This document shows, piece by piece, positions 9,834-20,432 of a stretch of DNA of 64,000 nucleotides. The stretch spans positions 1,064 to 65,063 of the forward strand of contig JACOTW010000012.1 of the NCBI GenBank assembly GCA_016178135.1, in the 5' to 3' direction. The DNA is from Candidatus Saccharimonadota bacterium. Its GTDB lineage: Bacteria; Patescibacteriota; Saccharimonadia; Saccharimonadales; JACOTW01. Within the stretch, counting starts at the first letter, position 1; each line of letters begins with the position of its first letter. The notes beneath the pieces are model-generated. The model was not told the DNA's origin and did no database searches. It saw only the letters and a list, made by a program, of their open reading frames with translations. Position numbers and translations under genes: made by a program.

Positions 9834-10754
9834 ATGATAAAGACGAAAAAAATACAACTTGATGATTTCATTGTGCCGATTAATATCAATGGGCTGCATG
9901 GTAGAATGCTTCGTTTACCGTCGCCTAAAGCTAGAAAACGTGAAATCCTGCTAATTTACGGCCAGCATTCCAATTTGGAACGTTACTTTGGCTTAGCTGA
10001 ACTTTTTAATGATTTTGGCGGTGTTACGATGCCAGATTTACCTGGTTTTGGTGGCATGGGTAGTTTTTATAAGATTGGCGAAAAACCAACACTGGATAAT
10101 TTGGCAGATTACATGGCGACTTTTATAAAATTACGCTATCGTGGTCGACGCTTGAGTATTGCTGCTATATCATTTGGTTTTGCGGTGGTTACGCGTATGT
10201 TGCAAAAATATCCCGACATAGCCAAAAAAATCGATTTAGTTATCAGTATTTCTGGTTATGTTAGACATGATGAATTTAATCTTGGTAGATCAAGGTATTT
10301 TTTGTTGAGATTTGGGTCGTGGCTACTTTCGTCACGTTTATTATCTGTATTTTTTCGCAATATAGCCCTACATCCCTATGTTATTAGGGGTTATTATAAA
10401 AGATTTGCCGAGCTACCTCCTAAATTGTCGGCATCTGACCAGCAAAAAATAATTGACTTTGAGGTTTATCTTTGGCGTTGCAACGATCTAAGAACACATA
10501 TGTACACAACAAATGCTAGGTTGCGATTGGATAATTGTACAGGTTCAGTAAAAATACCGGTATGGTATGTGCATGCCGATATGGATGTTTCTCTGGACAG
10601 CGCTGTCGTGGAACAACACATGCAAGTAGTTTTCTCGGATTTTCACGCTGTGAGTGTTAAGCGCGAGGCCGGGAAATTTTATATTTTTGGAGATAAAAAA
10701 ACCGCACGGAAACTTATTTCTCCCCAACTTCGCCATGTTTTGCGCCAAATCTAA
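9834..10754 (+). CDS. Alpha/beta hydrolase
   Basis: PDLPGFG motif, AISFG nucleophile-elbow-like motif. Confidence 0.7.
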   Translation: MIKTKKIQLDDFIVPININGLHGRMLRLPSPKARKREILLIYGQHSNLERYFGLAELFNDFGGVTMPDLPGFGGMGSFYKIGEKPTLDNLADYMATFIKLRYRGRRLSIAAISFGFAVVTRMLQKYPDIAKKIDLVISISGYVRHDEFNLGRSRYFLLRFGSWLLSSRLLSVFFRNIALHPYVIRGYYKRFAELPPKLSASDQQKIIDFEVYLWRCNDLRTHMYTTNARLRLDNCTGSVKIPVWYVHADMDVSLDSAVVEQHMQVVFSDFHAVSVKREAGKFYIFGDKKTARKLISPQLRHVLRQI

Positions 10755-10780
10755 GACCTCTTTTGTTCCAGGCCGATTAA

Positions 10781-10800
10781 CTGGACCTGTCGCGAAACTC
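10781..10800. repeat. Solo family-A terminal fragment
   Basis: CTGGACCTGTCGCGAAACTC matches the 160-bp subfamily end. Confidence 0.6.
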
Positions 10801-10871
10801 GTGTCCGCGTAAAGCCAGCTAGTACTCGGGTACTCATTGCAAAAATGTTATAAAAACGTAATAATGATTGC

Positions 10872-11996
10872 ATGTCTTTCTGGCTTCGTTCAAAAAACAA
10901 AGAACCTGGAGTAGTTGAGGTTACCCTATCGAACCGAACAATTATAAGGGTATTTTTGTTGGCCATTATGTTTATCATTTTTTGGTCGGCTTTTCAGGAG
11001 GCCAGTCATGCCCTGTTGCTTATTTTTACTGCTTTTTTCTTGGCACTGGCGTTAAATGCTCCCGTCCACTGGCTAGCCGAGCGTCTGCCTGGTAAGCGTC
11101 GAGGTAATCGAACTACAGCAACCGCTCTGTCGTTTTTTGTAGTATTGGCATTGCTTATTGGATTCATAGCTAGTATTTTGCCTCCGCTGGTACGTCAGAC
11201 TAGCAGTTTTATAGATGTTGCACCAACTCTAGTTGATGACGTTAGAGACGAAAATACTAGTCTCGGGCGGTTTGTTCGCCACTACAAGCTTGAAGATCAG
11301 GTTGAAAAATTCTCCAGTCAATTATCAGATAGGCTTGATAATTTATCTGGTACGGCAGTTTCTACATTTAACCGTGTTACCAGTAGTATTTTTTCAACTT
11401 TAACTATTTTAGTTTTGACTTTTATGATGTTGATCGAGGGGCCAGCTTGGATGGCTCTATTGAAACGTTTAGTACCAGATGAAAACATGGTTCGAGTGGA
11501 CAATCTCGGCAACGAGATGTATCGAGTCGTTAAGGGATATGTTAACGGACAAGTTTTGCTGGCCGCTATTGCTTCAGTAATGATCTTGGTACCATTACTA
11601 ATTCTAAATGTTAGCTATCCGGTAGCTCTGATGGTTATTGTTTTTGTTTGCGGTCTTATTCCTTTGGTTGGCCATACGATTGGCGCGTTGATTGTCAGTA
11701 GCGTAGCGCTGTTTCATTCAGTTCCGGCGGCAATCATTATATTAGCCTACTATATTCTCTATCAACAGATAGAAAACTATATAATTCAGCCCAAGGTTCA
11801 GTCTAATTCAACTAATATGTCGCCACTGCTGGTATTTTCTTCGGTTATAGTTGGCGTTAGTTTTGGTGGTTTGTTTGGTGGCCTGGTGGCTATACCGATA
11901 GCTGGATGTGTTCGTATTATCGTCTTGGATTATCTCAACTCGCACAAGCTACTTAGCAAAGCCGAAGTCAACGAATCTATTAAGACAGTTGATTAA
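10872..11996 (+). CDS. AI-2E family transporter
   Basis: TM pattern; QQIENYIIQP and GG..GG.VAIP motifs. Confidence 0.85.
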   Translation: MSFWLRSKNKEPGVVEVTLSNRTIIRVFLLAIMFIIFWSAFQEASHALLLIFTAFFLALALNAPVHWLAERLPGKRRGNRTTATALSFFVVLALLIGFIASILPPLVRQTSSFIDVAPTLVDDVRDENTSLGRFVRHYKLEDQVEKFSSQLSDRLDNLSGTAVSTFNRVTSSIFSTLTILVLTFMMLIEGPAWMALLKRLVPDENMVRVDNLGNEMYRVVKGYVNGQVLLAAIASVMILVPLLILNVSYPVALMVIVFVCGLIPLVGHTIGALIVSSVALFHSVPAAIIILAYYILYQQIENYIIQPKVQSNSTNMSPLLVFSSVIVGVSFGGLFGGLVAIPIAGCVRIIVLDYLNSHKLLSKAEVNESIKTVD

Positions 11997-13408
11997 ATTC
12001 TGAACCAAACTTGCCCTTGTTTTGTGTCGCGCACGCCGATACCTTCTCCTGCAAGCCTATCACGAAGTTGGTCTGATTTTACCCAGTTTTTGTTGTCCCT
12101 TGCCTTTTGTCTTTCACTGAGGGTTAGCTTTTGGGCATCTGATATATTGCTACGATTAGTTAAGTCTAGACCCAGAATCTGGTCAATATAGTCCAATAAG
12201 TTCTTAAAATAACTTAGCTGATCTTCTTCAATTGTGAAGTGCAACATATCAGCCGTTAAGTCGCTGACTTGTTTTAGTACCTCCGGCAGATTTATGTCAT
12301 CTTCGATAGCTTTCTTGATGCTCTCAAGGTGTTTGAGAAAATCTCCTTCAACCAGACCCGACTCGCCTTTGGTTCGCGTCTGGAATACTAAGTCTGCCAT
12401 TGCTCGGATATCTTTTATACGGTTTTGGGCGGCCTCGAGGTTTGTCCAGGTGAAATTGCTTTGGCTACGATAGTGGGATTGTAGAACCATCAGGCGGAAG
12501 GCTAGCGGGTCAAGATCATTGTCCTGTATATCTTGGAGGGTGAAAAAATTATTTAGTGATTTACTCATTTTTCTGCCATCAACCAGTAGATGCTCGTTAT
12601 GGATAAATATATTCGCGAGCGTTGGGTTGGCTTTACCTGCGGTGCTTTGAGCAATCTCGTTTTCGTGATGTGGAAAAATCAAATCTACGCCTCCGGTGTG
12701 AATATCAAAAGGTTGTCCAAGCGTGTTAGCACTCATAGCCGAACACTCGATGTGCCAGCCCGGTCGGCCATCAAGTTTCTTGCCGTCCAGTGTAAAATCC
12801 CAGATTGGTTCGTCCGCTTTTCCGATTTTCCATAGCGCGAAATCATGTGGCGAATCTTTATCGTATTCATCATTTTGAATACGTGCCGAGGAAGTATTAC
12901 TGTCCGTGATATCCAGTAGCTGGCCATACTTTTTGCCACTGTCTCGATATTCTTTAATCGAAAAATACACGCCATCGTCGGCTATGTACGCGAAGCCATC
13001 GTCATGAAGTTTTGTGATCAGGGCTTTCATATCTTCAATGCGATCGGTAGCATTTATAAACTTAATGGACTCTACATCACAGCCGACGCTCCGCATATCA
13101 TCCAGAAATAGTTTAGAATATTCGGTGGTTAGTTTCTTTAGCGCTTGTTTGGGGTCGAGATTGGGGTATTTTTCTTTACTTCGCTTGATAGTTTTATCGT
13201 CTACATCAGTAAAGTTCATGACATGATCGATCTCGTAGCCACTGGCTCGCAAGGTTCGACTCAGTGTATCGGCATAGATAAAGCTAGCCAAATTACCAAT
13301 GTGTATATGATCATAAACTGTCGGGCCACAAGAATAAATCGACACCTTTTTATTATTCAGTGGCGTAAAATCTTCAATCTCTCGTATAAGTGTGTTATAT
13401 AATCTCAT
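11993..13408 (-). CDS. cysS: Cysteine--tRNA ligase
   Basis: CGPTVY..HIGN, PGWHIECSAM, KMSKS. Confidence 0.97.
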   Translation of the reverse strand: MRLYNTLIREIEDFTPLNNKKVSIYSCGPTVYDHIHIGNLASFIYADTLSRTLRASGYEIDHVMNFTDVDDKTIKRSKEKYPNLDPKQALKKLTTEYSKLFLDDMRSVGCDVESIKFINATDRIEDMKALITKLHDDGFAYIADDGVYFSIKEYRDSGKKYGQLLDITDSNTSSARIQNDEYDKDSPHDFALWKIGKADEPIWDFTLDGKKLDGRPGWHIECSAMSANTLGQPFDIHTGGVDLIFPHHENEIAQSTAGKANPTLANIFIHNEHLLVDGRKMSKSLNNFFTLQDIQDNDLDPLAFRLMVLQSHYRSQSNFTWTNLEAAQNRIKDIRAMADLVFQTRTKGESGLVEGDFLKHLESIKKAIEDDINLPEVLKQVSDLTADMLHFTIEEDQLSYFKNLLDYIDQILGLDLTNRSNISDAQKLTLSERQKARDNKNWVKSDQLRDRLAGEGIGVRDTKQGQVWFRI

Positions 13409-14580
13409 GACTTGTCTGTAATTTTATCAAGTAATTCTGTGGCGATGGTTAGGCATTCGGTTTTGACTGCTTGCGCTGTGCGACTGTCCGTGACCTTGAA
13501 GCCACTGGCGTAAACGTGCCCACCACCGCCAAAATGAGATGCCAAATCGGCCGCGATGCTGGCACCGGCATTACATCGGATTGAACCGGTAATTTTGCCG
13601 TCATTATAAACTTTCAAGACTATCGCTACTTTTACGCCTTCGGTTTGTAGCATGTCTGTTTGAATAAGTGGGGCTGGATTGTATAGCGGACTGTATTTCA
13701 TTAGTTCATCATGCCCAATACTGACTAATGCGATTCTGTCATCGCTCAATAATTCAGTTCTGTCTATCAGGGTAGCTTTGTATTTAAAAATCGTTTTGGG
13801 CATCTTGGCCTGTGCGCGACGAGCTTCCTCGAGTTTTATTCTGTTAACTCCGCCCTCTATGAGGTCGGCCATAATTCTATAGGTATTTGGCGTTGTGCCT
13901 TCGCTGGAAAGCCCCAGGGAATCTGATAGGATTGAACTAGTGATATGGGTTTTTGCCTGGAGGTTGAGCGGCCAGTTTAGCTCATCGGCCAGTTTATAAA
14001 TCACTTCGCCGGTTGCTACGGCATCATGATCATTTATGACAAGTGTAGCGTAGGTTATGTCGCACTCCACATCAGTGTGATGATCGAGTACGATTACTGG
14101 CTTGGAAGCTACGATGCTTTTGTAGCTACTGTTGTCGAGTTTCTCCAGAAGGATTGCAGCACTAGTGTCTACTATGATGCTTAAGTCGATTTTGTTCGGA
14201 ATCTCCTTACTGACTCTGTCCCAGCCGTCCAAATGACGCAAGTATTCTGGAATATTTACACCACAATACAGAAATGTTTGCTTGCCTGCGTCCCCCAGTA
14301 TTTCCTCAAGTGCCAGGGCACTTCCCAGACTATCCCCATCCGGGTTATCCGCCTGGATTATTGCAATCCGCTCTGATTCATCAACCAACTTCTTAATACC
14401 CTGGTATAGCCCCCGCAAAACAAATTCGGGGGTTTTGGAGCCGATGATCTTCGAGTCAAAAACTGGCTTTTCTGAGGGAAGCATATCATTAGATAAGGTG
14501 AGTGAGGAAAGACAGCTTTTGACCGGAGAGGGCGGTTCAAAAAGCAGTGAATTTGTTTTGCGGGGGCTATAATTATTCAT
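13405..14580 (-). CDS. nrnA: DHH/DHHA1 phosphoesterase (NrnA-like) with a 55-aa family-B insertion after residue 3
   Basis: PDGDSLGS, DHH and GGGGH motifs. Confidence 0.85.
   Translation of the reverse strand: MNNYSPRKTNSLLFEPPSPVKSCLSSLTLSNDMLPSEKPVFDSKIIGSKTPEFVLRGLYQGIKKLVDESERIAIIQADNPDGDSLGSALALEEILGDAGKQTFLYCGVNIPEYLRHLDGWDRVSKEIPNKIDLSIIVDTSAAILLEKLDNSSYKSIVASKPVIVLDHHTDVECDITYATLVINDHDAVATGEVIYKLADELNWPLNLQAKTHITSSILSDSLGLSSEGTTPNTYRIMADLIEGGVNRIKLEEARRAQAKMPKTIFKYKATLIDRTELLSDDRIALVSIGHDELMKYSPLYNPAPLIQTDMLQTEGVKVAIVLKVYNDGKITGSIRCNAGASIAADLASHFGGGGHVYASGFKVTDSRTAQAVKTECLTIATELLDKITDKS
14405..14571. mobile_element. Family B palindromic MITE (167 bp including both TA), in-frame in nrnA
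   Basis: 23-bp TIR TATAGCCCCCGCAAAACAAATTC; net 165 bp. Confidence 0.9.
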
Positions 14581-15182
14581 AACAACGTTCTTCCTTCCAG
14601 TGCTCGTCCAAGGGTAATCTGATCAGCATATTCCAGGTCTACGCCAACAGACAGACCGCGTGCCAAGCGAGTGATCTTTACTTTTTGATGGCCCATTTGT
14701 TGTTGAATATATAATGCGGTTGATTCGCCCTCAACACTTGCGTTAGTGGCCAAAATAATTTCCTTGACCTTATCTTCCCTAACGCGTTTAACTAGTTCAG
14801 TTATATGTAATTGCTCTGGACCAATACCGTCAATTGGCGACACTAGACCACCCAAAACATGGTAGGTTCCTCTAAAATGGCCGGTTTTTTCAATAGCGGC
14901 AACATCAAAAGATTCAGCAACTACTGCAACGATTTTTTTGTCTCTGCTTGGATCGGTGTAAAGTGGCGACAACGTTTGACCCTTTTCTACTAAAGCAAAA
15001 GTTTTTTGGCAACGCTCAATGCCGCTATGTAAGCTACTTAATTTTTGTGCTATACGTTCGGCGACACTAGGTTCGGCCTTCAGTAAATAGTAGGCATAAC
15101 GTTCAGCAGTGCGTGGACCTACGCCAGGTAGATCGCCCAATGCTTCGATCACTTCAACTAGTGCCTTGGGTAAAACTTGCAT
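14577..15182 (-). CDS. recR: Recombination mediator RecR
   Basis: LPGVGPRTAER, YHVLGG..SP.DG, EGE.TALY. Confidence 0.95.
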   Translation of the reverse strand: MQVLPKALVEVIEALGDLPGVGPRTAERYAYYLLKAEPSVAERIAQKLSSLHSGIERCQKTFALVEKGQTLSPLYTDPSRDKKIVAVVAESFDVAAIEKTGHFRGTYHVLGGLVSPIDGIGPEQLHITELVKRVREDKVKEIILATNASVEGESTALYIQQQMGHQKVKITRLARGLSVGVDLEYADQITLGRALEGRTLL

Positions 15183-15187
15183 AAAAT

Positions 15188-15481
15188 CTATAGGCCAAGA
15201 TCACCGAGCATGCCCATAAAAGGTTGCATTTTCTCGGCAGCAATTTTCTGGCTTTGCTGAAGCGCTTCCTTAACGGCATCTTCGACCCACCGTTCTAGTT
15301 GATGGATATCATTAAGATCAACAGCGGCAGGATCAATAGATATTTTTTTGACTTTCTGTTCGCCGGTAATCTCAATTTTGACGGCTCCGTCACCTTCTTC
15401 TACTTCAATGGTCATTTTTTGTAATTCTTTTTGTAGTTTTTTGACTTTTAATAACATTTTAGCTTGATCAAATCGATTCAT
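15188..15481 (-). CDS. ybaB: YbaB/EbfC nucleoid-associated protein
   Basis: Size, G.GAV.I..G motif, position upstream of recR. Confidence 0.85.
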   Translation of the reverse strand: MNRFDQAKMLLKVKKLQKELQKMTIEVEEGDGAVKIEITGEQKVKKISIDPAAVDLNDIHQLERWVEDAVKEALQQSQKIAAEKMQPFMGMLGDLGL

Positions 15482-15595
15482 AAATTATCTCCAATTAAAG
15501 TCCTATATATTGTAGCAGAATTAATAGGACTTCAGCACCTTTCTGCGTCTACTCACTATATTGTGGATAATCGGGATCTTGGAATAGCTGTGAAA

Positions 15596-15762
15596 TATAG
15601 CCCCCGCAAAACAAATTCGGGGGTTTTGGAGCCGATGATCTTCGAGTCAAAAACTGGCTTTTCCGAGGGAAGCATATCATTAGATAAGGTGAGTGAGGAA
15701 AGACAGCTTTTGGCCGGAGAGGGCGGTTCAAAAAGTCGTGAATTTGTTTTGCGGGGGCTATA
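15596..15762. mobile_element. Family B MITE, intergenic
   Basis: Near-identical to 14405-14571. Confidence 0.9.
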
Positions 15763-15765
15763 AGC

Positions 15766-16944
15766 CTATTGACGAATGAAGGCTGCTTTAGTTTCAGGCG
15801 CGTTTGGCCAAGCTATAAAATACTGGCTTATATGATAAAAACTAGTCAGAGCTACCGTGATAACAATAAGACCAGTGCCAATCGTATGGGCTAGTGGGTT
15901 ACGAGGAAAGACTGTAAGCCATTGTTGCAATAATAGGGCTAGGCCAGCCGCACCTATAATGTAAATGAATGGCATTAAAATCAATAGTTTTACTGGGCCG
16001 CCAATTGATACCAGTATAAAACCAATAATTGATACCGCAGCGAGTAGCCTGGTACGGTCCAGCTTGACACTAAACCAATAAGCGTAGAGACCAACCGCAA
16101 ACATCGTGATATTGAACACATCAAGTAATGGTATGGTTCCAAGCCAATGAGCTGGATCTTTGGGGCCACGCCAAAGCAGTTGCCTAGGTATGGCTAACGC
16201 GTTATCGAATACTTGTTTGATAGTTGGCCAATGGTCTGGCAATCCTAGTAGTGGTCTTAAGATTTCGGGCTTTAACCACACGGCTCGTAAAAGTGGAACA
16301 ACGAGTAGTAATACAGCTATAGTCCAGAGTACGCTAAGCCATAAGGGCATTTGGTTGAGCGTGGTAAATATTCGTTTTCGTTGCCAAAATAGCCCAGGCA
16401 ACACAAACCAGATTAAACCCGGTATGTACAGTAATAGTGTACCTATAATAGCTAGCCCAAAAAGTGTTATACTTGGCCACTTACCCTTCTTTAACCATAT
16501 ACCAAATAGCACCAAACTTAGTAAGGCAGTGTAAAGAATGTCTGGAGTTCCTAATCTTGCCGCGTGTAGAAGCCAGCTGGATGAGGCGAACAAAGCAGTT
16601 GCCATGAAGGCGATTCTTGTGGTATGCCATGATCGAATAATCAAGTAAAACAACCAAACAGCTAGCAATCCAAAAAGTGCACTCACGCTTCTTAGGACAA
16701 AGATACTATGACTACCAAATATCTGAATAACGGCGGTTAGTGCCGCATGTGGCAAGTTTAGGGGTTTGTTCGCTACTAGATTAAGGTTTGCGTTGTTGGC
16801 GGCATAGGATAGTTCGGATTGATGTGGTCCAATCGTCAATGAGCCAAGCTTAAACCAGAATAGGCCAACTATAAATAGTGTAGAAATGCCTATGATAAGA
16901 GCTGGTTGCCAATTATCGGCTATTATTTGACGAAGCTTATTCAT
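15766..16944 (-). CDS. GT-C fold (ArnT/PMT-like) membrane glycosyltransferase
   Basis: Many TMs, LR.VSALFG motif; start moved to MNKLRQ because the ORF extension is MITE-derived. Confidence 0.7.
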   Translation of the reverse strand: MNKLRQIIADNWQPALIIGISTLFIVGLFWFKLGSLTIGPHQSELSYAANNANLNLVANKPLNLPHAALTAVIQIFGSHSIFVLRSVSALFGLLAVWLFYLIIRSWHTTRIAFMATALFASSSWLLHAARLGTPDILYTALLSLVLFGIWLKKGKWPSITLFGLAIIGTLLLYIPGLIWFVLPGLFWQRKRIFTTLNQMPLWLSVLWTIAVLLLVVPLLRAVWLKPEILRPLLGLPDHWPTIKQVFDNALAIPRQLLWRGPKDPAHWLGTIPLLDVFNITMFAVGLYAYWFSVKLDRTRLLAAVSIIGFILVSIGGPVKLLILMPFIYIIGAAGLALLLQQWLTVFPRNPLAHTIGTGLIVITVALTSFYHISQYFIAWPNAPETKAAFIRQ

Positions 16945-16960
16945 GAATTTCTTAAGTAGT

Positions 16961-17022
16961 ATACATCGAAAAAGGAAAAACTGTTTGCAACCGGCTTGGG
17001 ACAAGCTGGTATCAACGGCTAA
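16961..17022. repeat. Eroded A/6251-type fragment into which the 17023 copy inserted
   Basis: TACATCGA..GGAAAAACTGTTTGCA resembles the family A core; CTGGTATCAACGGCTAA matches the right end of the 6251 element. Confidence 0.55.
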
Positions 17023-17182
17023 CTGGACCTGTCGCAAAACTCCTCCATCCCCAGATCGAATTCTATCGGCTACAAACAGTTTTTCTTCTCTCGATGTAGC
17101 TACGGCTACCTCTCCTTCAGACAAAACAGTTTTCGCTCAAGATAATTCACTCTGGGAACGGACGATTTTGCGACAGATCCAG
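17023..17182. mobile_element. Family A MITE, 160-bp subfamily, intergenic
   Basis: TIR CTGGACCTGTCGCAAAA/TTTTGCGACAGATCCAG; flanks CTAA/TTAA. Confidence 0.9.
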
Positions 17183-17200
17183 TTAAGTTCAGTAAAAAGA

Positions 17201-18559
17201 CTACGTTTCGAACGGTTCAGTGTGTTTGCTGTCTAAGCTACGGAATCGTTGTTTTTCTCTGTCAAAATATAATTCTATACCGCCGGTAGGACCATTACGA
17301 TGTTTTTTAATAAAGATATCAGCGATGTTTTTACGATCTGTTTCAGGATTATAATATTCTTCGCGGTAAATAAAAGCTACGACGTCAGCATCTTGTTCTA
17401 TGGAGCCCGATTCTCGTAGATCGGCTAGTTGTGGGATCTGTGGGCTGCGACTTTCTACCGAACGACTTAACTGACTTAGGGCAAGTACAGGCACGTTTAA
17501 TTCGCGGGCTACACCTTTAAGCCCACGCGAAATTTCTGAAATTTCCTGTACGCGATTGCTGTCGCCACCGTATCTCGCTCCACCACTCATAAGTTGCAAG
17601 TAGTCTACTACGATTAGTCCGAGCGGTCTGGTATGAGCTTCTCGTCTAGCTTTGGTGCGCAAATCACTAATGGTTATGCCGGGCGTATCATCAATAAATA
17701 TCTGGGCCTCTGAAAGTGTGCCCATGGCTTGGCCGATTTTTTCAAAGTCCGAATCGGTAAGATTTCCGGTACGTAGTGCCCAGGCATCAACGCCTGATTC
17801 CATGGCTAGTAAACGGTCGACGAGCTGTTCCTTGCTCATTTCCAAAGAAAAAATCAACACCGGTAATTCGGCTTTCGTGGCGATATTATGCGCCAAATTG
17901 AGGGATAATGCTGTTTTACCCATAGAAGGTCGAGCGGCAAGTATAATTAAGTCTGATGCTTGGAAACCGGCTAATTTTTCATCTAGATCTTTATAGCCAG
18001 TAGGAACGCCGCGAATTTTTCCCTTATCTTTATGTAGTTCATCCAATCTATCAAAACTTTCGGTAAGAATTGTTTCAAGACTGACGATGTCTTGTTTGAT
18101 ATGTTTTTGGCTAACATCAAAAAGTCGGCTCTCGGCTTCTTCTACTAACTCTTGGAGGCTTCTGGCTTCATCGTAACCTAATCCACTGATATCTTGCGAG
18201 GCCTTGATGAGTCGGCGGCGAAGGGCTTTTTGAGAGACGATTTGTGCGTACTGTTCAACGTGTGTTGCGGTTGGTACAAAATTAGTAAGCTCACTAAGGT
18301 ATGAAGCTCCGCCGACAAGATCCAAAAAACCAGCACTTTTTAGCTGATCCGCAAGAGTTAAGACATCTATGGGGCTGTGTTTTTCGTATAGACTAACGAC
18401 TGCTTCGTAGATTCGTCCATGACGTTCTTCGTAGAAATCGTCGGCAGTTAGACTATCGGCAACTTTAACGATAGCGTCGCTATCAATCAATATAGCGCCA
18501 AGCAGACTGGCTTCCGCCTCTATATTTTGTGGGGGGATTCGAACTCCTTCGGATTCCAT
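17201..18559 (-). CDS. dnaB: Replicative DNA helicase DnaB
   Basis: PPQNIEAE, AARPSMGKT, VDYLQLM, LRESGSIEQDAD. Confidence 0.97.
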   Translation of the reverse strand: MESEGVRIPPQNIEAEASLLGAILIDSDAIVKVADSLTADDFYEERHGRIYEAVVSLYEKHSPIDVLTLADQLKSAGFLDLVGGASYLSELTNFVPTATHVEQYAQIVSQKALRRRLIKASQDISGLGYDEARSLQELVEEAESRLFDVSQKHIKQDIVSLETILTESFDRLDELHKDKGKIRGVPTGYKDLDEKLAGFQASDLIILAARPSMGKTALSLNLAHNIATKAELPVLIFSLEMSKEQLVDRLLAMESGVDAWALRTGNLTDSDFEKIGQAMGTLSEAQIFIDDTPGITISDLRTKARREAHTRPLGLIVVDYLQLMSGGARYGGDSNRVQEISEISRGLKGVARELNVPVLALSQLSRSVESRSPQIPQLADLRESGSIEQDADVVAFIYREEYYNPETDRKNIADIFIKKHRNGPTGGIELYFDREKQRFRSLDSKHTEPFET

Positions 18560-18563
18560 GTAT

Positions 18564-20279
18564 CTACTCTAGCACTTCAGCGCCACCGAAGATATTGCTT
18601 ATGGTTCCCAGTGCTGTTGACGGCGCTTTGATCACTGGTTTATCAATGGCGGACTGTACATCCATGTTCTTAACAACAATACAATTTATGGAAATTTTTT
18701 TACCAGTTTGTTCATACAAAATGGATTCGATTGTCGCTTTATTTTTGGATTCGTTAAGTTGTTTTTGATGAAATGGAAAGCCGAAGCTAAGGGTCAATAC
18801 GTCATCATTTAATTCTGCGGAAGCCATACGCGCAAGGCTATATAGTGTGTTGTGTTTGTTTTTTATAGCTACTAACGCGGCCGGCCATATATTAGATTCA
18901 TGCAAAGTCTTCTCGTTCCCAGACTGGCCAACCTCGGCTGATTCGATATTTTTGTCAGATAAGATTTTTTGCGGTTCTTGTTTTTGGATGGTAGTAGTCT
19001 GCTGGGAGGTGGTTTTTTTGGTGTGGTTCTTTGGAGTTTTCTTGTGCGATACGGGTAACGTGGCTGGTGGTGCTAAGCTCGATTTATGCGAAATCTCCGC
19101 ATCCCCAGACCAACTAATCTCAAGCGGTAGCGGTCTGCCTTCTTTCGATGTAACTAAGGCGGCTACCTCTCCTTCAGTCAAACCACTATCTGCTCGAGCT
19201 GATTTAGCCTGGGAACGGGCGATTTTGCGTAAGTCCAGTGAATGATCTTCTGATTCACTTTTGGCTAGCCCAGTAGAATGCGAGGTTTTGCGTAGGTCTA
19301 GGGACTGCTTTGTTTTGGTATTCTCCAGGGCTGCTCCGATAAGCGTGATTTCCAGCGCCGAGGCTGGATCGTGAGCAGTTGGTACGGTCAGTAACTTTTC
19401 CAAGATTGAGGTAAATGCAGATGGCTCAAAAGACCATTCGCCATCCAGTAGATCATGGCGTAATTGTGCACTTAGTTGTTTGGCTATTTGACCAGGGTGA
19501 AAGCCTTGCTCGGATAGTTCGTCAAGCAGTTTAACTACTTCTTTTGCTGCACCTTCACTAACGACCTTTTTAAGTTGTGTTATAACTGCATTGGGAGCAA
19601 TTCCCAAAACTTCAATAACGTTATTCTCGCTAATATTTTTACCACTACTTGCTATTTGGTCGAGTAGGCTTATGCTATCACGGAATGATCCATCCCCGTG
19701 TTTAGCTATAAGCTCAAGAGCACCGTCGTCTATGTCAATATTTTCTGATTTGGCAATTGTGCGCAGATGTTGCGCGACTTTATGGGTTTCTATCGGTTTA
19801 AAAGTAAAACGCTGAGTTCTGCTGATTATGGTTTCCGGCAATTTGTGGGCTTCTGTGGTTGCCAAAATAAAAATAGCGTGCGCTGGTGGCTCCTCAAGCG
19901 TTTTTAAGAGAGCGTTGAAAGCTTCTCGGGTCAGCATATGTACTTCATCAATAATGTAAACTTTGTATTTCGTGCTGGTCGGGGTATTGTGTACTCGTTC
20001 ACGAATTTCTCTAATTTCATCAATTCTTCGGTTGCTCGCGGCATCAATCTCAATAATATCGAGATGCGATCTATCATCATCGTAAGGCAAATTATTAACT
20101 TCATGCGCTAAAATTCTGGCAATACTGGTTTTACCAGTGCCACGTGGTCCAGTAAATAAATAGGCGTGACTTATAGAGTTATTTTTTATGGCATTCTTGA
20201 GGGTCGTGGTGATGTGTTCCTGTCCCACTATTTCAGATAATTTCTTAGGTCGGTATTTCCGATACAATGCTTTCCCCAT
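18564..20279 (-). CDS. dnaX: DNA polymerase III gamma/tau with an in-frame family-A insertion in the linker
   Basis: ALYRKYRP, GPRGTGKT, IIDEVHML. Confidence 0.97.
   Translation of the reverse strand: MGKALYRKYRPKKLSEIVGQEHITTTLKNAIKNNSISHAYLFTGPRGTGKTSIARILAHEVNNLPYDDDRSHLDIIEIDAASNRRIDEIREIRERVHNTPTSTKYKVYIIDEVHMLTREAFNALLKTLEEPPAHAIFILATTEAHKLPETIISRTQRFTFKPIETHKVAQHLRTIAKSENIDIDDGALELIAKHGDGSFRDSISLLDQIASSGKNISENNVIEVLGIAPNAVITQLKKVVSEGAAKEVVKLLDELSEQGFHPGQIAKQLSAQLRHDLLDGEWSFEPSAFTSILEKLLTVPTAHDPASALEITLIGAALENTKTKQSLDLRKTSHSTGLAKSESEDHSLDLRKIARSQAKSARADSGLTEGEVAALVTSKEGRPLPLEISWSGDAEISHKSSLAPPATLPVSHKKTPKNHTKKTTSQQTTTIQKQEPQKILSDKNIESAEVGQSGNEKTLHESNIWPAALVAIKNKHNTLYSLARMASAELNDDVLTLSFGFPFHQKQLNESKNKATIESILYEQTGKKISINCIVVKNMDVQSAIDKPVIKAPSTALGTISNIFGGAEVLE
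19078..19238. mobile_element. Family A MITE (partly eroded), in-frame in dnaX
   Basis: Encodes LDLRKIARSQ...SHKSS; right TIR intact, left TIR degenerate. Confidence 0.85.
19286..19301. repeat. Second, solo family-A end in dnaX
   Basis: TTTTGCGTAGGTCTAG, read as LDLRK on the minus strand. Confidence 0.55.
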
Positions 20280-20432
20280 TACATAGCATTATACGCTTTT
20301 AGTGCTAGGCGAGGTGTTGTTTTATTGCTTACGCCGAGTTGGCTGTTTGCCAATAGGCTCGTGTAGCCTTTAGGCCCTGGAATATGCCAGAAATAGCAAT
20401 TACACTACCGGCGATTTTTATGGTTTTACCGG

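Noticed and set aside
16945..17124. N-terminal ORF-track extensions of the glycosyltransferase, YgjP-like protein, AAA kinase, trpS and nusG
   Set aside because: The extensions run through upstream MITEs; downstream ATGs fit the families better, so these were not counted as in-frame insertions.
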